A stretch of 64,000 nt of DNA from Mobula hypostoma (lineage: Eukaryota), in the NCBI RefSeq assembly GCF_963921235.1, contig NC_086097.1, positions 107,324,001 to 107,388,000 of the forward strand, given 5' to 3'. Below the pieces are notes generated by a model, which saw nothing but the letters and a program-made list of their open reading frames with translations, ran no database searches and was not told the origin of the DNA. How positions within the stretch are numbered: position 1 is the stretch's first letter; each line of letters starts with the position of its first letter. The position numbers and the translations under genes are program-made. This document shows, in pieces, positions 12,578 to 25,957 of this stretch.

Positions 12578-12922
12578 GATGTACCTTCCTTTCTCACTGG
12601 GCATATTACATATTATTCATTACCTGTACTTTAGCCTCTAAATCTATTTTATTTCATTTTTTTTCTTTATGATTGTTGAATGTTGTTTTTTGTGTAATGT
12701 GCAACAAAACCCTGACTAACACAACATAGCAAATTCCTAATGTACGTCAATAGCAAATAAAGTTGATCCTTACAGTCTTCAACTATCAAGAGTCTGCAGA
12801 TGCCACTGACATCCACTTGCATTTAAAAAAGCTTTGGAAAATTAAACATAAAAGTTTTTATTACAAATGAAAATGATTGCAGAAGTATCAGAAGACACAT
12901 AAAAAGTATTTGCATAAGTATA

Positions 12923-13441
12923 CAGTACTGTGCAAAAAGTCTTAGGTATATATATATAGCTAGAGAGCATAATTTTATGTATTGCGCTCTACTGCCGGTG
13001 CAAAAAAATACAATTTTTAAGATGTCTGTGAGAGATGATAAATTTGATTCTGACTTGGGTCTCTATTGTGGACTGAGAGTGGGAAGGGGTCAGGGAGAGG
13101 GGAATCATGGTTGAGGAAAGGGGAAAGGAGAAAGCAGGAAGCACCGGAGAGACATTCTGTAATGATCAATTAACCAATTGTTTGGAATCAAATGACTTTG
13201 CCTTGTTCCTGAGGGCTGGGTATGTCGGCACCTGGGCCAACCCCACCGCCCCTGGCACTCCCTGTCTGCTACCTCTTCTGCAACCCTCTCACGGCATTCC
13301 ATCCTCACTATTCCCAATACGGTATCCTTTACTCTAGCCAGATTTACAAACTCAATCTCTGGTCCACATTGACAAATACAGTATTGTGTTTCCACTAGTC
13401 TTAGTCTACATATATAAGCCTAAGATCTTTGCATAGAACTA
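12923..13441. mobile_element. Tc1/mariner-type MITE
   Basis: Left TIR cagtactgtgcaaaaagtcttagg, right degenerate TIR gcctaagatctttgcatagaacta, flanked by TA on both sides; non-coding interior. Confidence 0.65.
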
Positions 13442-13463
13442 TATGGATAGGAATGGCTTAGAA

Positions 13464-13543
13464 CAGGGGCTCCCATCCTGGGATTCACAGACCCCTTGCT
13501 TAATGATATTGGTCCATGGTATAGAAAAGGTTAGGAACCCCTG
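13464..13543. mobile_element. 80-bp hAT MITE inserted in a CR1 3' tail
   Basis: TIRs caggggctcccatcc / ggttaggaacccctg; 8-bp TSD gcttagaa / gtttagaa. Confidence 0.75.
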
Positions 13544-13847
13544 GTTTAGAAGGCTATGGGTCAAACATGGGCAAATGACTAGCCTAGGTGGGCAGGTTGG
13601 TTAAGATGGATGTGATGGGTCAAAGGGCCTATTTCCATGGTGTATTACTCCAGGAAATGTGGAAACATCAATCTCTACAGATTCAGATCACCAGCCTTTC
13701 TAATTTCTGCCACTGGCCTGTTCTGATGGAAACTCTTTACCTGCAACATTATTTGATTGTTTTTCCTCCCATATGTATTGCCTGACCAGTTGGTTATTTC
13801 TTTTATTTCAGATTTCCAGCAGCTGTTATGTTTCACTACATGTTATG

Positions 13848-14132
13848 TGTTGGCGTGGTTAAGACGTCAGTCGAGATATCTGAAGGTCACTAGTTCGAGC
13901 CTCAGCTGAGGCAGCATGTTGTGTCCTTGAGCAAGGCACTTAACCACACATTGCTTTGCGATGACACTGGTGCCAAGCTGTATCGGCCCTCGTGCCCTTC
14001 CTTTGGACAACATTGGTGGTGTGGAGAGGGGCAACTGCCGGTGTTCCATACAACCTTGCCCAGGCCTGCACCCTGGAAGCCTTCTAAGGCACAAATCCAT
14101 GGTCTCATGAGACCAACGGATGCCTATATATA
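13848..14132 (+). mobile_element. tRNA-derived SINE, second family
   Basis: A-box-like tggcgtggttaag, B-box agttcgagcc, core gtgtccttgagcaaggcacttaacc; homologous 5'-truncated copy at 20772-21021. Confidence 0.8.
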
Positions 14133-14254
14133 TTCGTTTCATATCCAACAGACCCAGAATTGTCTTCATTAATTTGATATTTACATCTCCTGCGCTGCAT
14201 TCACCACTCTCTGTGAGCTAACACTATCACCGCCTGTGTCACTGGAATTATATT

Positions 14255-14716
14255 TATTTATTTATTTATTTATGGAGATACAGCATGGAATGGGCCCTTC
14301 CAGCCCTTTGAGCTGCGCCACCCAGCAATCCCCTGGTTTAACACTAGCATAATTACAGGACAATTCGCAATGATCTGTGGCAGTGAATGATTAACAGTTA
14401 AGTATCAAGGTAGCCAGGGGTTATGAGAGAGATAAAAACAGGAAAGTGGTGTTCAGGATAAGATTAAATCACTCCTAATCTACTAAATGCCAAAATAGGC
14501 TGAAGAGGATGAGTGCTAATCATGGGAAAATTTACAATGACACATTAACCTACCAACTGGTATGTCTTTGGACTGTGGGAGGAAACCGGAGCACCCAGAG
14601 GAAACCTATGTAGTCACAGGGAGAGTGTACAAAGTTCTTACAGACAATGTTGGGAAGTGAACCTGGGTTGCTGGTACTGTAAAGCATTGTGCTAACCACT
14701 ATGCTACTGTGCTGCA
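14255..14716 (-). mobile_element. V-SINE/HE1-like SINE interrupted by a degenerate CR1 3' tail (about 14375-14515)
   Basis: SINE tail and core flank a + strand segment aggggttatgagagag..caggaaagtggtgt..; the ctaatcatgg..caatga region is present on both sides. Confidence 0.65.
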
Positions 14717-15510
14717 CCAAAGTTCAATACCAGCTGATCATAAGTTCCCACTTACAATTCTGAAGTAATTAGAGTTAATTTCCATGGTCCTCTTTGCTTT
14801 CATTATGTTTTCACTAACCCATGGATAAACCTTCAATAATTATTGTTCTACTCCAAGATCTCTTTGTTCCTCTATTCTATCTTAGATTTGTCTCTTCCAT
14901 ATAAAGTAATCCGCCTGTTTCTCTTGCCCAGACTACTTTGCATTTGTTCCCACTGAACCATTTTGTGTCCTTTCTGTAATTTGTTACAGACCTGCTAAGC
15001 CACTGTTATCTGCTCATTAAAAATAAACTGTGTTTAAGTAGTTGACCCTACAGTGATCCTTTTGCAAATCACCACCATGCATCTTCTTTCACTGTCAATA
15101 GAAGTTAGCTAACAATCCATTTTAGGACTTGTCCCCTGACTTTTTATCCTTTGACTTTATTTGAAGGCCTTTTGAAAACTTAGATATTTTTACCATTATC
15201 TAGACCCTCTGCTGCATTGTCAAAAACTTGATAAGATTGGTCAAATACAACCTTCCCTTTTGAAACGTATTACCCATTCTACCTTTGTTGCTAAACGTCT
15301 TGTCCTGATTCCTTAACACAATTGTTAAGCTGAACAGTCTGAAATTTCTCCTTTCTTAAATGTAGGTATTATGTATATCCTTTGGCAGTGTATCCTTTCA
15401 GATAAATTATTAAATATGAATGGCAATGTCTTTGCTATCATGTCTCTAGATTCCTTAAAAAATTGGAAGCAATTCATCTGGTCCAGACGTTTAAACCATA
15501 AATTAATATT

Positions 15511-17863
15511 TGAGCAATGAGGAAGGGTTAATTAGCAATCTTGTCGTGAGAGGCCCCTTGGGTAAGAGTGACCATAATATGGTGGAATTCTTCATTAAGA
15601 TGGAGAGTGACATAGTTAATTCAGAAACAAAGGTTCTGAACTTAAAGAGGGGTAACTTTGAAGGTATGAGATGTGAATTAGCTAAGATAGACTGGCAAAT
15701 GACACTTAAAGGATTGACGGTGGATATGCAATGGCAAGCATTTAAAGATTGCATGGATGAACTACAACAATTGTTCATCCCAGTTTGGCAAAAGAATAAA
15801 TCAAGGAAGGTAGTGCACCCGTGGCTGACAAGAGAAATTAGGGATAGTATCAATTCCAAAGAAGAAGCATACAAATTAGCCAGAAAAAGTGGCTCACCTG
15901 AGGACTGGAAGAAATTCAGAGTTCAGCAGAGGAGGACAAAGGGCTTAATTAGGAAGGGGAAAAAAGATTATGAGAGAAAACTGGCAGGGAACATAAAAAC
16001 TGACTGTAAAAGCTTTCATAGATATGTAAAAAGGAAAAGACTGGTAAAGACAAATGTAGGTCCCCTACAGACAGAAACAGGTGAATTGATTATGGGGAGC
16101 AAGGACATGGCAGACCAATTGAATAATTACTTTGGTTCTGTCTTCACTAAGGAGGACATAACTAATCTTCCAGAAATAGTAGGGGACAGAGGGTCCAGTG
16201 AGATGGAGGAACTGAGTGAAATACATGTTAGTAGGGAAGTGGTGTTAGGTAAATTGAAGGGATTAAATGCAGATAAATCCCCAGAGCCAGATGGTCTGCA
16301 TCCCAGAGTGCTTAAGGAAGTAGCCCAAGAAATAGTGGATGCATTAGTGATAATTTTTCAAAACTCGTTAGATTCTGGACTAGTTCCTGAGGATTGGAGC
16401 GTGGCTAATGTAACCCCTCTTTTTAAAAAAGGAGGGAGAGAGAAACCGGGGAATTATAGACCGGTTAGCCTAACGTCGGTGGTGGGGAAACTGCTGGAGT
16501 CAGTTATCAAAGATGTGATAACAGCACATTTGGAAAGCGGTGAAATCATCGGACAAAGTCAGCATGGATTTGTGAAAGGAAAATGATGTCTGACGAATCT
16601 CATAGAATTTTTTGAGGATGTAACTAGTAGAGTGGATAGGGGAGAGCCAGTGGATGTGGTATAATTGGATTTTCAAAAGGCTTTTGACAAGGTCCCACAC
16701 AGGAGATTAGTGTGCAAACTTAAAGCACACGGTATTGGGGGTAAGGTATTGATGTGGATAGAGAATTGGTTAGCAGACAGGAAGCAAAGAGTGGGAATAA
16801 ACGGGACCTTTTCAGAATGGCAGGCAGTGACTAGTGGGGTACCGCAAGGTTCAGTGCTGGGACCCCAGTTGTTTACAATATATATTAATGACTTGGATGA
16901 GGGAATTAAATGCAGCATCTCCAAGTTTGCGGATGACATGAAGCTGGGTGTCGGTGTTAGCTGTGAGGATGATGCTAAGAGGATGCAGGGTGACTGGGAT
17001 AGGTTGGGTGAGTGGGCAAATTCATGGCAGGTGCAAATTAATGTGGATAAATGCGAAGTTATCCACTTTGGTGGCAAAAATAGGAATATAGATTATTATC
17101 TGAATGGTGGCCGATTAGGAAAAGGGGAGGTGCAACGAGACCTGGGAGTAATTATACACCAGTCATTGAAAGTGGGCATGCAGGTACAGCAGGCGGTGAA
17201 AAAGGCGAATGGTATGCTGGCATTTATAGCGAGAGGATTCGAGTACAGGAGCAGGGAGGTACTACTGCAGTTGTACAAGGCCTTGGTGAGACCACACCTG
17301 GAATATTGTGTGCAGTTTTGGTCCCCTAATCTGAGGAAAGACATCCTTGCCATAGAGGGAGTACAAAGAAGGTTCACCAGATTGATTCCTGGGATGGCAG
17401 GACTTTCATATGATGAAAGACTGGATGAACTAGGCTTGTACTCATTGGAATTTAGAAGATTGAGGGGGGATCTGATTGAAACGTATAAAATCCTAAAGGG
17501 ATTGGACAGGCTAGATGCAGGAAGATTGTTCCCGATGTTGGGGAAGTCCAGAACGAGGGGTCACAGTTTGAGGATAAGGGGGAAGCCTTTTAGGACTGAG
17601 ATTAGGAAAAACTTCTTCACACAGAGAGTGGTGAATCTGTGGAATTCTCTGCCACAGGAAACAGTTGAGGCCAGTTCATTGGCTATATTTAAGAGGGAGT
17701 TAGATATGGCCCTTGTGGCTACGGGGATCAGGGGGTATGGAGGGAAGGCTGGTGCAGGGTTCTGAGTTGGATGATCAGCCATGATCATAATAAATGGTGG
17801 TGCAGGCTCGAAGGGCCGAATGGCCTACTCCTGCACCTATTTTCTATGTTTATATGTTTCTAT
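15511..17863 (+). mobile_element. 5'-truncated young CR1 LINE (ORF2 from end of APE through RT and 3' tail)
   Basis: ORFs 15510-16586 and 16665-17765 with [33 protein letters not shown]; one TGA (16584-16586) and a 1-nt insertion near 16663; tail (ttctatg)-like repeats. Confidence 0.95.
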
Positions 17864-18371
17864 ATCCCCTTGTTTAATTTTAAGTGTACATTTCACTCCT
17901 CATCTCATCACCAAATATAATGTCCATGTACTCCTTGGTAAATATTCAGTAGAAGTCATCTGATACAGTATTTCTTCCATCTCCCTGTCATTATTTCTGG
18001 CATTGTCCTGTGTATCCCTTTATTTTTATCTATTCATTTCTTGGATGTGGACATAGCATTGTGCTCGAATGGCAGTATTCCTTTAAGTGACGGTACTCCT
18101 ACAACGCTGCTGAACACCAAGACTATGTCTTCAACCCTGAGTGTCAAAATATCTCCAGTCTGCACTTTAATGCAATGACTGAGAGACATCTGAGTCAGAG
18201 AAGTCTCTTGTAGATATAATTGGTCTGAAGCTTCAGTTCCCAGAAACTCCAACATTTCACAGTACGTTTCTAAGACTAACCCTAATCAAATCGCGTAAAG
18301 CCCCTTACATTCAGTAACTATCATAGTTAAGTAATTTAATTAGTTACATTATAAACAATCACAATGTATTA

Positions 18372-18512
18372 TGTAGGAGGAAACTGGAGCACCTGGATCA
18401 AACCCATGCGGGTCATGGAGAAAGTGTGCGAAGTCCTTTCAGAGGGGGGTGGAATTGAGCCTGTGTCATTGACTCTGTAATCGTATTATGTTAACCGTGA
18501 CGTAACTGCCTT
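18372..18512 (-). mobile_element. Partial V-SINE/HE1-like SINE
   Basis: ggaggaaactggagcacc..aacccatgcgggtcatggag..ggaattgagcc. Confidence 0.6.
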
Positions 18513-18569
18513 CCCCAAAAATAACTGAAAGAAATTGCAGAAGTTGATCTTGGTGATAGATGGGGAAGA

Positions 18570-19362
18570 ATGCACCAACAATAACGAGGTGGCCTACAGG
18601 GAAGAAGTAATCTCTCTGACACAGTGTGTCAAGAAAACAACCTCTCCCTCACAGTCGCAAAAACAAAGGAGCTGGTTGTGGATTACAGGAGGAATGGAGA
18701 CGGGCTAACCCCTATTGACCTCAATGGATCTGGGGCAGAGAGGGTGAACAGCTTTAAGTTCCTCGGCATACACATCACCGAAGATCTCACGTGATCTGCA
18801 CATACCAGCTGTGTGATGAAAAACACAACAGCGTCTCTTTCACCTCAGACGGTTGAGGAAGTTTGGGATGGGCCCCCAGATCCTAAGAACTTACTACAGG
18901 GGCACAGTTGAGAGCATCCTGACTGGCTGCATCACTGCCTGGTATGGGAACTGTATTTCCCTCAGTCACAGACTCTGCAGAGAGTGGTGCGGACAGCCCA
19001 ACGCATCTGTAGTTGTGAACTTCCCACTATTCAGGACATTTACAAAGACAGGTGTGTAAAAAGGGCCTGAAGGACCACTGGGGACCCGAGTGTCCCCAAC
19101 CATAAACTGTTCCAGCTGCTACCATCCAGAAAATGGTACCGCAGCATAAAAGCCAGGACCAACAAACTCCAGGACAACTTCTTCCACCAGGCCATCAGAC
19201 TGATTAACTCACGCTGATTTGAGTGTATTTCTATGTTACATTGACTGTTCTATTTATTATAAATTACTATGATTGCACAATACACATTTAGATGGCAGCA
19301 TGACGTAGAGTTTTACTCCTCATGTATGTCAAAGATGTAAGTAATATAGTCAATTCAATTAA
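18570..19362 (+). mobile_element. Rex1/Babar LINE 3' fragment
   Basis: NNNEVAYREEV..CQENNLSL..KTKELVVDYRR, FKFLGIHITEDL, YYRGTVESILTGCITAWYGN; tail tcaattcaatt. Confidence 0.85.
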
Positions 19363-19964
19363 TTACTAGTTAATTTGTCCTCATTATTCCATGACCTAGT
19401 TGAACTCTATCACTTCTCCTGTCCCACAGCTAAACCAACTCCCGATTTACCCTTCCAAACCCAAGTATAATGCAGTCCTGCAAAAAGGTACTCATACTTT
19501 GCTCTAGTCCAATTGCTATTTATGCTCCATTACTACTAATGTTTATTTTATTCATCTAAAGCTATCAGCATAATTGTTTAATTCCCTTATTCCTGATATG
19601 TATGCCCTTTATCTTCATCTTTTCTATTTGCATCACCCACTATCAATGGAAGCAATGTCCATATTCTCAATATTTTTTGGGCATACAAGTCACTTCTGAA
19701 TTCTCTGATAGATTTCTTATATTGGTGGTTTTAGGTGTTCATTCAATACATTTGAATTATTTTTATAGATCTCAGTCTTCTTTTCTCAAGATTTTATGCA
19801 TTTCTTCCTAATATGCATACCCTTGCAATTGTGATATAATTCTCATAATCTTCACTCTGGTGCCTTTATGTCCTTTTTGTAACTTGTCGATCCAAACCAT
19901 TGGTCTGAATGATCCAAAATCAAGTTTCAATTTAACATTACTTTCCAAATATTTAAATTATATC

Positions 19965-20122
19965 CATAGTAGTGTAGCAGTTAGCACAATGCTTGGGTGT
20001 TCTGGAGTTTGGAGTTCATTTCCAGGGCAACCTTCTCCCCGTGAACCATGTGGGTTTCCTCCAACAGTCCAAAGACCTACTGGTTAGTAGGTTAATTATA
20101 CTGTGATTGGGTTAGTGTTAAA
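19965..20122 (+). mobile_element. Partial V-SINE/HE1-like SINE
   Basis: tagtgtagcagttagcacaatgct..ttctccccgtgaaccatgtgggtttcctccaacagtccaaagac. Confidence 0.6.
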
Positions 20123-20339
20123 AATGTACCACCTCACATGAAGTATAAGAATTACATCAACTATTCACCAGTCCTCTAGCACTGCAACTAGTCTATATCA
20201 TATAACCATAATGTAGACAGTCTCTCCAGATAACTAACATTTCCTAGACGTGGCAAAACTCTGTGTAAATCTGCACCCTGTCTTTTGTCATCATATTCTT
20301 CTCATGTTTTATACATTCCTAACATGCCATGTCTAACAT

Positions 20340-20537
20340 AACAGATGGCTGTATATTGGATATACTTAAAGGGGATTTTGATAGGTTCTTGACTAGTAAA
20401 GGCACCAAAGGTTACAGAGAGAAAGCAAAAGAATGGGGTTGAGAGGGATAATAAGTCAGCTATGATGAAATGGCAGAGCAGACTTGATGGACCGAATGGT
20501 TTAATTCTGCTCCTATATCTTATGGTCTCGTGGTCTT
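20340..20537 (+). mobile_element. CR1 3' tail fragment
   Basis: gataggttcttgactagtaaaggcaccaaaggttac..ctgctcctatatcttatggtct. Confidence 0.75.
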
Positions 20538-20771
20538 TGGGCTCCCTACTTCTATGTTGCAGGTGACAAAGGAAGCTGTCATGTCCATTCAAGCACTTGT
20601 AAATGTAAAGTTTAAGATACTTCTTTGCATTGACATCTGATAGGATCTGTGATACCTGAATGCAAGTAGAATACAGAATGAGGTAGATAATCAAGGAGCA
20701 CAGTTAGAGAGTGGCATTATGGGCATCACTGAGTCATGGCTAGAAGCTTAACATCCAAGGATACACATTGT

Positions 20772-21021
20772 TTTCGAGCCTTGGCTGAGGCAGCGTGTGT
20801 GTCCTTGAGCAAGGCACTTAACCACATATTGCTCTGCGATGACATCGGTGCCAAGCTGTATGGGTCCTAATGCCTTTCCCTTGGACAACATTGGTGCCGT
20901 GGAGAGGAGAGACTTGCAGCATGGGCAACTGCTGGTCTTCCATACAACCTTGCCCAGGCCTGTGACCTGGAAACCTTCCAAGGCGCAAATCCATAGTCTC
21001 ATGAGACTAACAGATGCCTAT
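20772..21021 (+). mobile_element. 5'-truncated copy of the 13848-14132 SINE family
   Basis: ttcgagccttggctgaggcagc..gtccttgagcaaggcacttaacc..ctcatgagactaacagatgcctata. Confidence 0.85.
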
Positions 21022-22131
21022 AAAGAGAAAGGTAAGAGTGGGTAGTGCACCACTGGAAATCGACAATGGAGAGGTAGTAATTGAGGACAAGGAAATGATA
21101 GATGAACTAAATAGGTATTTTGCGTCAGAATTCATTGTGGAGGACACCAGCAGTATGTCAGAAATTGGAATGTGTCAGGGGGCAGAAATGAGTGTAGTTG
21201 TTGTTACTAAGGAGAAGATGCTTGGGAAGCTGAAAGGTCTGAGGTAAATAAATCACCTGGAACATGGACTACACCCTAGGGTTCTGAAAGAGGTAGATGA
21301 AGAGATTGTGGAGACAATAGTAGTGATCATCCAAGAATCACTAGATTCTGGAATGGTTCTGGAGGACTAAAAAATTGTAAATGTTGCTCCACTCTTTAAG
21401 AAAAGTGAGAGGTAAAGTAAAGGAAATTATAGTCCAGTTAGTTTGATATTTGTAGTTGGGAAGATTTTGGAGTCAATTATTATGGACAAGGTTTTGGGGT
21501 ACTTGGGGGCACATGATAAAATAGGCAAAATCAGCATTTTGGAGATAGTGATCATAATTCTGTCTCCTTTACAATAGCGTCGGAGAGAGATAGGAACAGA
21601 CAAGTTAGAAAAGCATTTAATTAGAGTAAGGGGAATTATGAGGCTATCAGGCAGGAAATTGGAGGCTTAAATTGGAAACAGATTTTCTCAGGGAAAAGTA
21701 CGGAAGGAATGTGGCAAATATTCAGGGGATATCTGTGTGGAGTTCTGCATAGGTACGTTCCAATGAGACAAGGAAGTTATGGTAGAGTACAGGAACCGTG
21801 GTGTACAAAGGATGTAATAAATCTAGTCAAGAAGAAAAGAAAAGCTTACAAAAGGTTCAGAGAGCTAGGTAATGTTAGAGATCTAGAAGATTATAAGGCT
21901 AATAGGAAGGAGCTTAAGAAGGAAATTAGGAAAGCCAGAAGGGGCCATGAGAAGGCCTTGGCGGGCAGGATTAAGGAAAACCCCAAGGCATTCTACAAGT
22001 ATGTGAAGAGCAAGAGGATAAGCGGCCAGTGCGTGAGTGGGCCAGTGAAGGAGTGGAGCTTTGAGGCTTTGACTTGAGAGGCTTCGATGAGAAGAGGCGG
22101 AGGACAAGCTACTTCGCAGTTAGTTTTTAAA

Positions 22132-23049
22132 ATGTCTGCTGAGATGCTGATGTGCCTCTCATGTGAGATGTGGCAGTCTTGGGGGCACTCACATTTCACA
22201 TCTGCCAGAAGTGCATATGGCTGGGCGACCTGGAAGACTGTGTAAGGAATCTGGATCAGCAGCTGGATGACTTTCGACTCATAAGGGAGAATGAGGCAGT
22301 CATAGATGAGAGCTACAGGGAGGTAGTCACACCTAGGCTGTCGGGTGACAGTCAGAAGGGGGAAAGCGAAGGTGAGCAGACAGGTAGTGCAGAGCACTCC
22401 TGTAGCCATTCCACTGAATAATAAGTTTACCGTCCAGGATACTGTTGGCGGGGACGGCCGACCAGATGTGAGCCACGGTGGCAGGGCCTCCGACACTGAG
22501 TCTGCCCCGGTGGTGCAGAAGGGTGGGACGGAGAAGAGGAGAGCTGTCATCATTGGAGACTCTATAGTCAGGGGAGCAGACAGGAGATCTTGTGGACGTG
22601 AGAAGGACACCCGCATGGTTTGTTGCCTCCCGGGTGCCAGGGTCTGGGATGTCTCTGACCGGGTGCACGACATCCTGGTACGAGAGAGAAAGCAACCAGA
22701 AGTCGTGATACATGTTGGGACCAACGACATAGGCAGGAAGAAGGATGAGGTCCTGAAGTGTGAGTTTCGGGAACTAGGCAGAAGGCTGAAGAACAGGACC
22801 TCAAGGGTGGCATTTTCAAGATTGCTGCCAGTGCTACGTGACAGTGATGGTAAGAATTGGAGGAGATGGCAGTTGAATGCGTGGCTGAGGAGTTGGTGCA
22901 AGGAGCAGGGTTTTAGATTTTTAGATGATTGGGATCTCTTCTGGGGAAGGTGGGACCTGTACAGATTGGATGGGTTGCACCTGAACTTGAGGGGGAGCAA
23001 TATCCTTGCAGGTAGGTCTGCTAGCATGGTTCGGGATGGTTTAAACTAA
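22132..23049 (+). pseudogene. CR1 ORF1p: Cys-rich (CxxC..CxxC) N-terminus, coiled coil, SGNH/GDSL esterase domain; frameshifted
   Basis: MSAEMLMCLSCEMW..HICQKC..LEDCVRNLDQQL..; IIGDSIVRG, CCLPGARV, IHVGTND, DGLHLN blocks in ORF 22345-23049. Confidence 0.88.
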
Positions 23050-23132
23050 TTTGCGAGGGGGATGGGACCCAGAGCGATAGAGCAGTGAAAGAAGTGCATG
23101 GAGTAAAGCCAGATCTAACATAGAGAGAGGCT

Positions 23133-25957
23133 TTGAGGAAAGAGAAGCAGAATAAACGGTGTAAAGACAGTAAGGTAGAAGGGCTGAAATGTGTGTACCT
23201 CAATGCAAGAAGCATCAGGAACAAAGGTGATGAACTGAGAGCTTGGATACATACATGGAATTATGATGTAGTGGCCATTACAGAGACTTGGCTGGCACCA
23301 GGGCAGGAATGGATTCTCAATATTCCTGGATTTCAGTGCTTTAAAAGGGATAGAGAGGGCGGAAAAAGGGGAGGAGGGGTGGAATTACTGGTCAGGGATA
23401 CTATTACAGCTACAGAGAGGGTGGGTAATGTAGCAGGATCCTCCTTTGAGTCAATATGGGTGGAAGTCAGGAACAGGAAAGGAGCAGTTACTCTACTGGG
23501 GGTATTCTATAGGCCCCCTGGTAGCAGCAGAGATACAGAGAAGCAGATTGGGAGGCAGATTTTGGAAAGGTGCAAAAATAACAGGGTTGTTATCATGGGT
23601 GACTTTAACTTCCCTAATACTGATTGGTACATGATTAGTTCCAAGGGTTTCGATGGGGCAGAGTTTGTTAAGTGTGTCCAGGAGGGATTCCTGTCACAGT
23701 ATGTTGACAGGTCGATGAGGGGGAATGCCATACTAGATCTAGTACTAGGTAATAAACCGGGTCAGGTCACAGATCTCTCAGTGGGTGACCACCGCTCCCT
23801 GGCCTTTAGCATTATCATGGAAAAGGATAGAATCAGAGAGGACAGGAAAAATTTTAATTAGGGAAAGGCAAATTATGAGGCTATAAGGCTAGAACTTGCG
23901 GGTGTGAATTGGGATGAATGTTTTTGCAGGGAAATGTACAATAGACATGTGGCCGATGTTTAGAGATCTGTTGCGGGATGTTAGGGATAAATTTGTCCCG
24001 GTGAGGAAGATAAAGAATGGTAGGGTGAAGGAACCATGGGTGACAAGTGAGGTGGAAAATCTAGTCAGGTGGAAGAAGGCAGCATACATGAGGTTTAGGA
24101 AGCAAAGATCAGATGGGTCTATTGAGGAATATAGGGAAGCAAGAAAGGAGCTTAAGAAGGGGCTGAGAAGAGCAAGAAGCGGGTATGAGAAGGCCTTGGC
24201 GAGTAGGGTAAAGGAAAACCCCAAGGCATTCTTCAACTATGTGAAGAAAAAAAGGATGACAGGAGTGAAGGTAGGACCAATTAGAGATAAAGGTGGGAAG
24301 ATGTGCCTGGAGGCTGTGCAAGTGAGCGAGGTCCTCAATGAATACTTCTCTTCGGTATTCACCAATGAGAGGGAACTTGATGATGGTGAGGACAATATGA
24401 GTGAGGTTGATGTTCTGGAGCATGTTGATATTAAGGGAGAGGAGGTGTTGGAGTTGTTAAAATACATTAGAACAGATAAGTCCCCGGGGCCTGACAGAAT
24501 ATTCGACAGGCTGCTCCATGAGGTGAGAGAAGAGATTGCTGAGCCTCTGGCTAGGATCTTTATGTCCTCGTTGTCCACGGGAATGGTACTGGAGGATTGG
24601 AGGGAGGCGAATATTGTCCCCTTGTTCAAAAAAGGTAGTAGGGATAGCCTGGATAATTATAGACCAGTGAGTCTTACGTCTGTGGTGAGAAAGCTGTTGG
24701 AAAAGATTCTTAGAGATAGGATCTATAGGCATTTAGAGAATCAAGGTCTGATGAGGGACAGTCAGCATAGCCATATGTAGGGCAGATCGTGTCTAATAAG
24801 CCTGATAGAGTTATTTGAGGAGGTGACCTGGCATATAGATGAGGGTAGTACAGTGGATGTGATCTATATGGATTTTAGTAAGGCATTTGACAAGGTTCCA
24901 CATGGTAGGCTTATTCAGAAAGTCAGAAGGCATGGGATCCAGGGAAGTTTGGCCAGGTGGATTCAGAATTGGCTTGCCTGCAGAAGGCAGAGGGTCATGG
25001 TGGAGGGAGTACATTCAGATTGAAGGATTGTGACTGGTGGTGTCCCACAAGGATCTGTTCTGGGACCTCTACTTTCGTGATTTTTATTAACGACCTGGAT
25101 GTGGGGGTAGAAGAGTGGGTTGGCAAGTTTGCAGATGACACAAAGGTTGGTGGTGTTGTAGATAGTGTAGAGGATTGTCACAGATTGCAGAGAGACATTG
25201 ATAGGATGCAGGAGTGGGCTGAGAAGTGGCAGATGGAGTTCAACCCGGAGAAGTGTGAGGTGGTACACTTTGGAAGGACAAACTCCAAGGCAGAGTACAA
25301 AGTAAATGGCAGGATACTTGGTAGTGTGGAGGAGCAGAGGGATCTCGGGGTACATGTCCACAGGTCCCTGAAAGTTGCCTCACAGGTGGATAGGGTAGTT
25401 AAGAAAGCTTATGGGGTGTTAGCTTTCGTAAGTCGAGGGATAGAGTTTAAGAGTCGCGATGTAATGATGCAGCTCTGTAAAACTCTGGTTAGGCCACACT
25501 TGGAGTACTGTGTCCAGTTCTGGTCACCTCACTATAGGAAGGATGTGGAAGCATTGGAAAGGGTACAGAAGAGTTTACCAGGATGCTGCCTGGTTTAGAA
25601 AGTATGCATTATGATCAGAGATTAAGGGAGGTAGGGCTTTACTCTTTGGAGAGAAGGAGGATGAGAGGAGACATGATAGAGGTGTACAAGATAATAAGAG
25701 GAATAGATAGAGTGGATAGCCAGTGCCTCTTCCCCAGGGCACCACTGCTCAATACAAGAGGATATGGCTTTAAGGTAAGAGGTGGGAAGTTCAAGGGTGA
25801 TATTAGAGGAAGGTTTTTTACTCAGAGAGTGGTTGGTGCATGGAATGCACTGCCTGAGTCAGTGGTGGAGGCAGATACACTAGTGAAGTTTAAGAGACTA
25901 CTGGACAGGTATATGGAGGAATTTAAGGTGGGGGCTTATATGGGAGGCCGAGTTTGA
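23133..25957 (+). pseudogene. CR1 ORF2p AP endonuclease and reverse transcriptase with stops and frameshifts
   Basis: ORFs 23133-23861 (YLNARSI, ITETW, MGDFN), 23914-24780, 24957-25598 (KFADD), 25583-25957; an 18-bp deletion near 23788 removes residues next to the SDH motif. Confidence 0.92.

Noticed and set aside
16673..17788. Recurring antisense ORFs (also 30091-31200, 24109-25361, 50471-51935)
   Set aside because: They recur only because the underlying CR1 copies are near-identical.
21993..23027. 344-aa minus-strand ORF
   Set aside because: Antisense shadow of CR1 ORF1 with no independent motifs.
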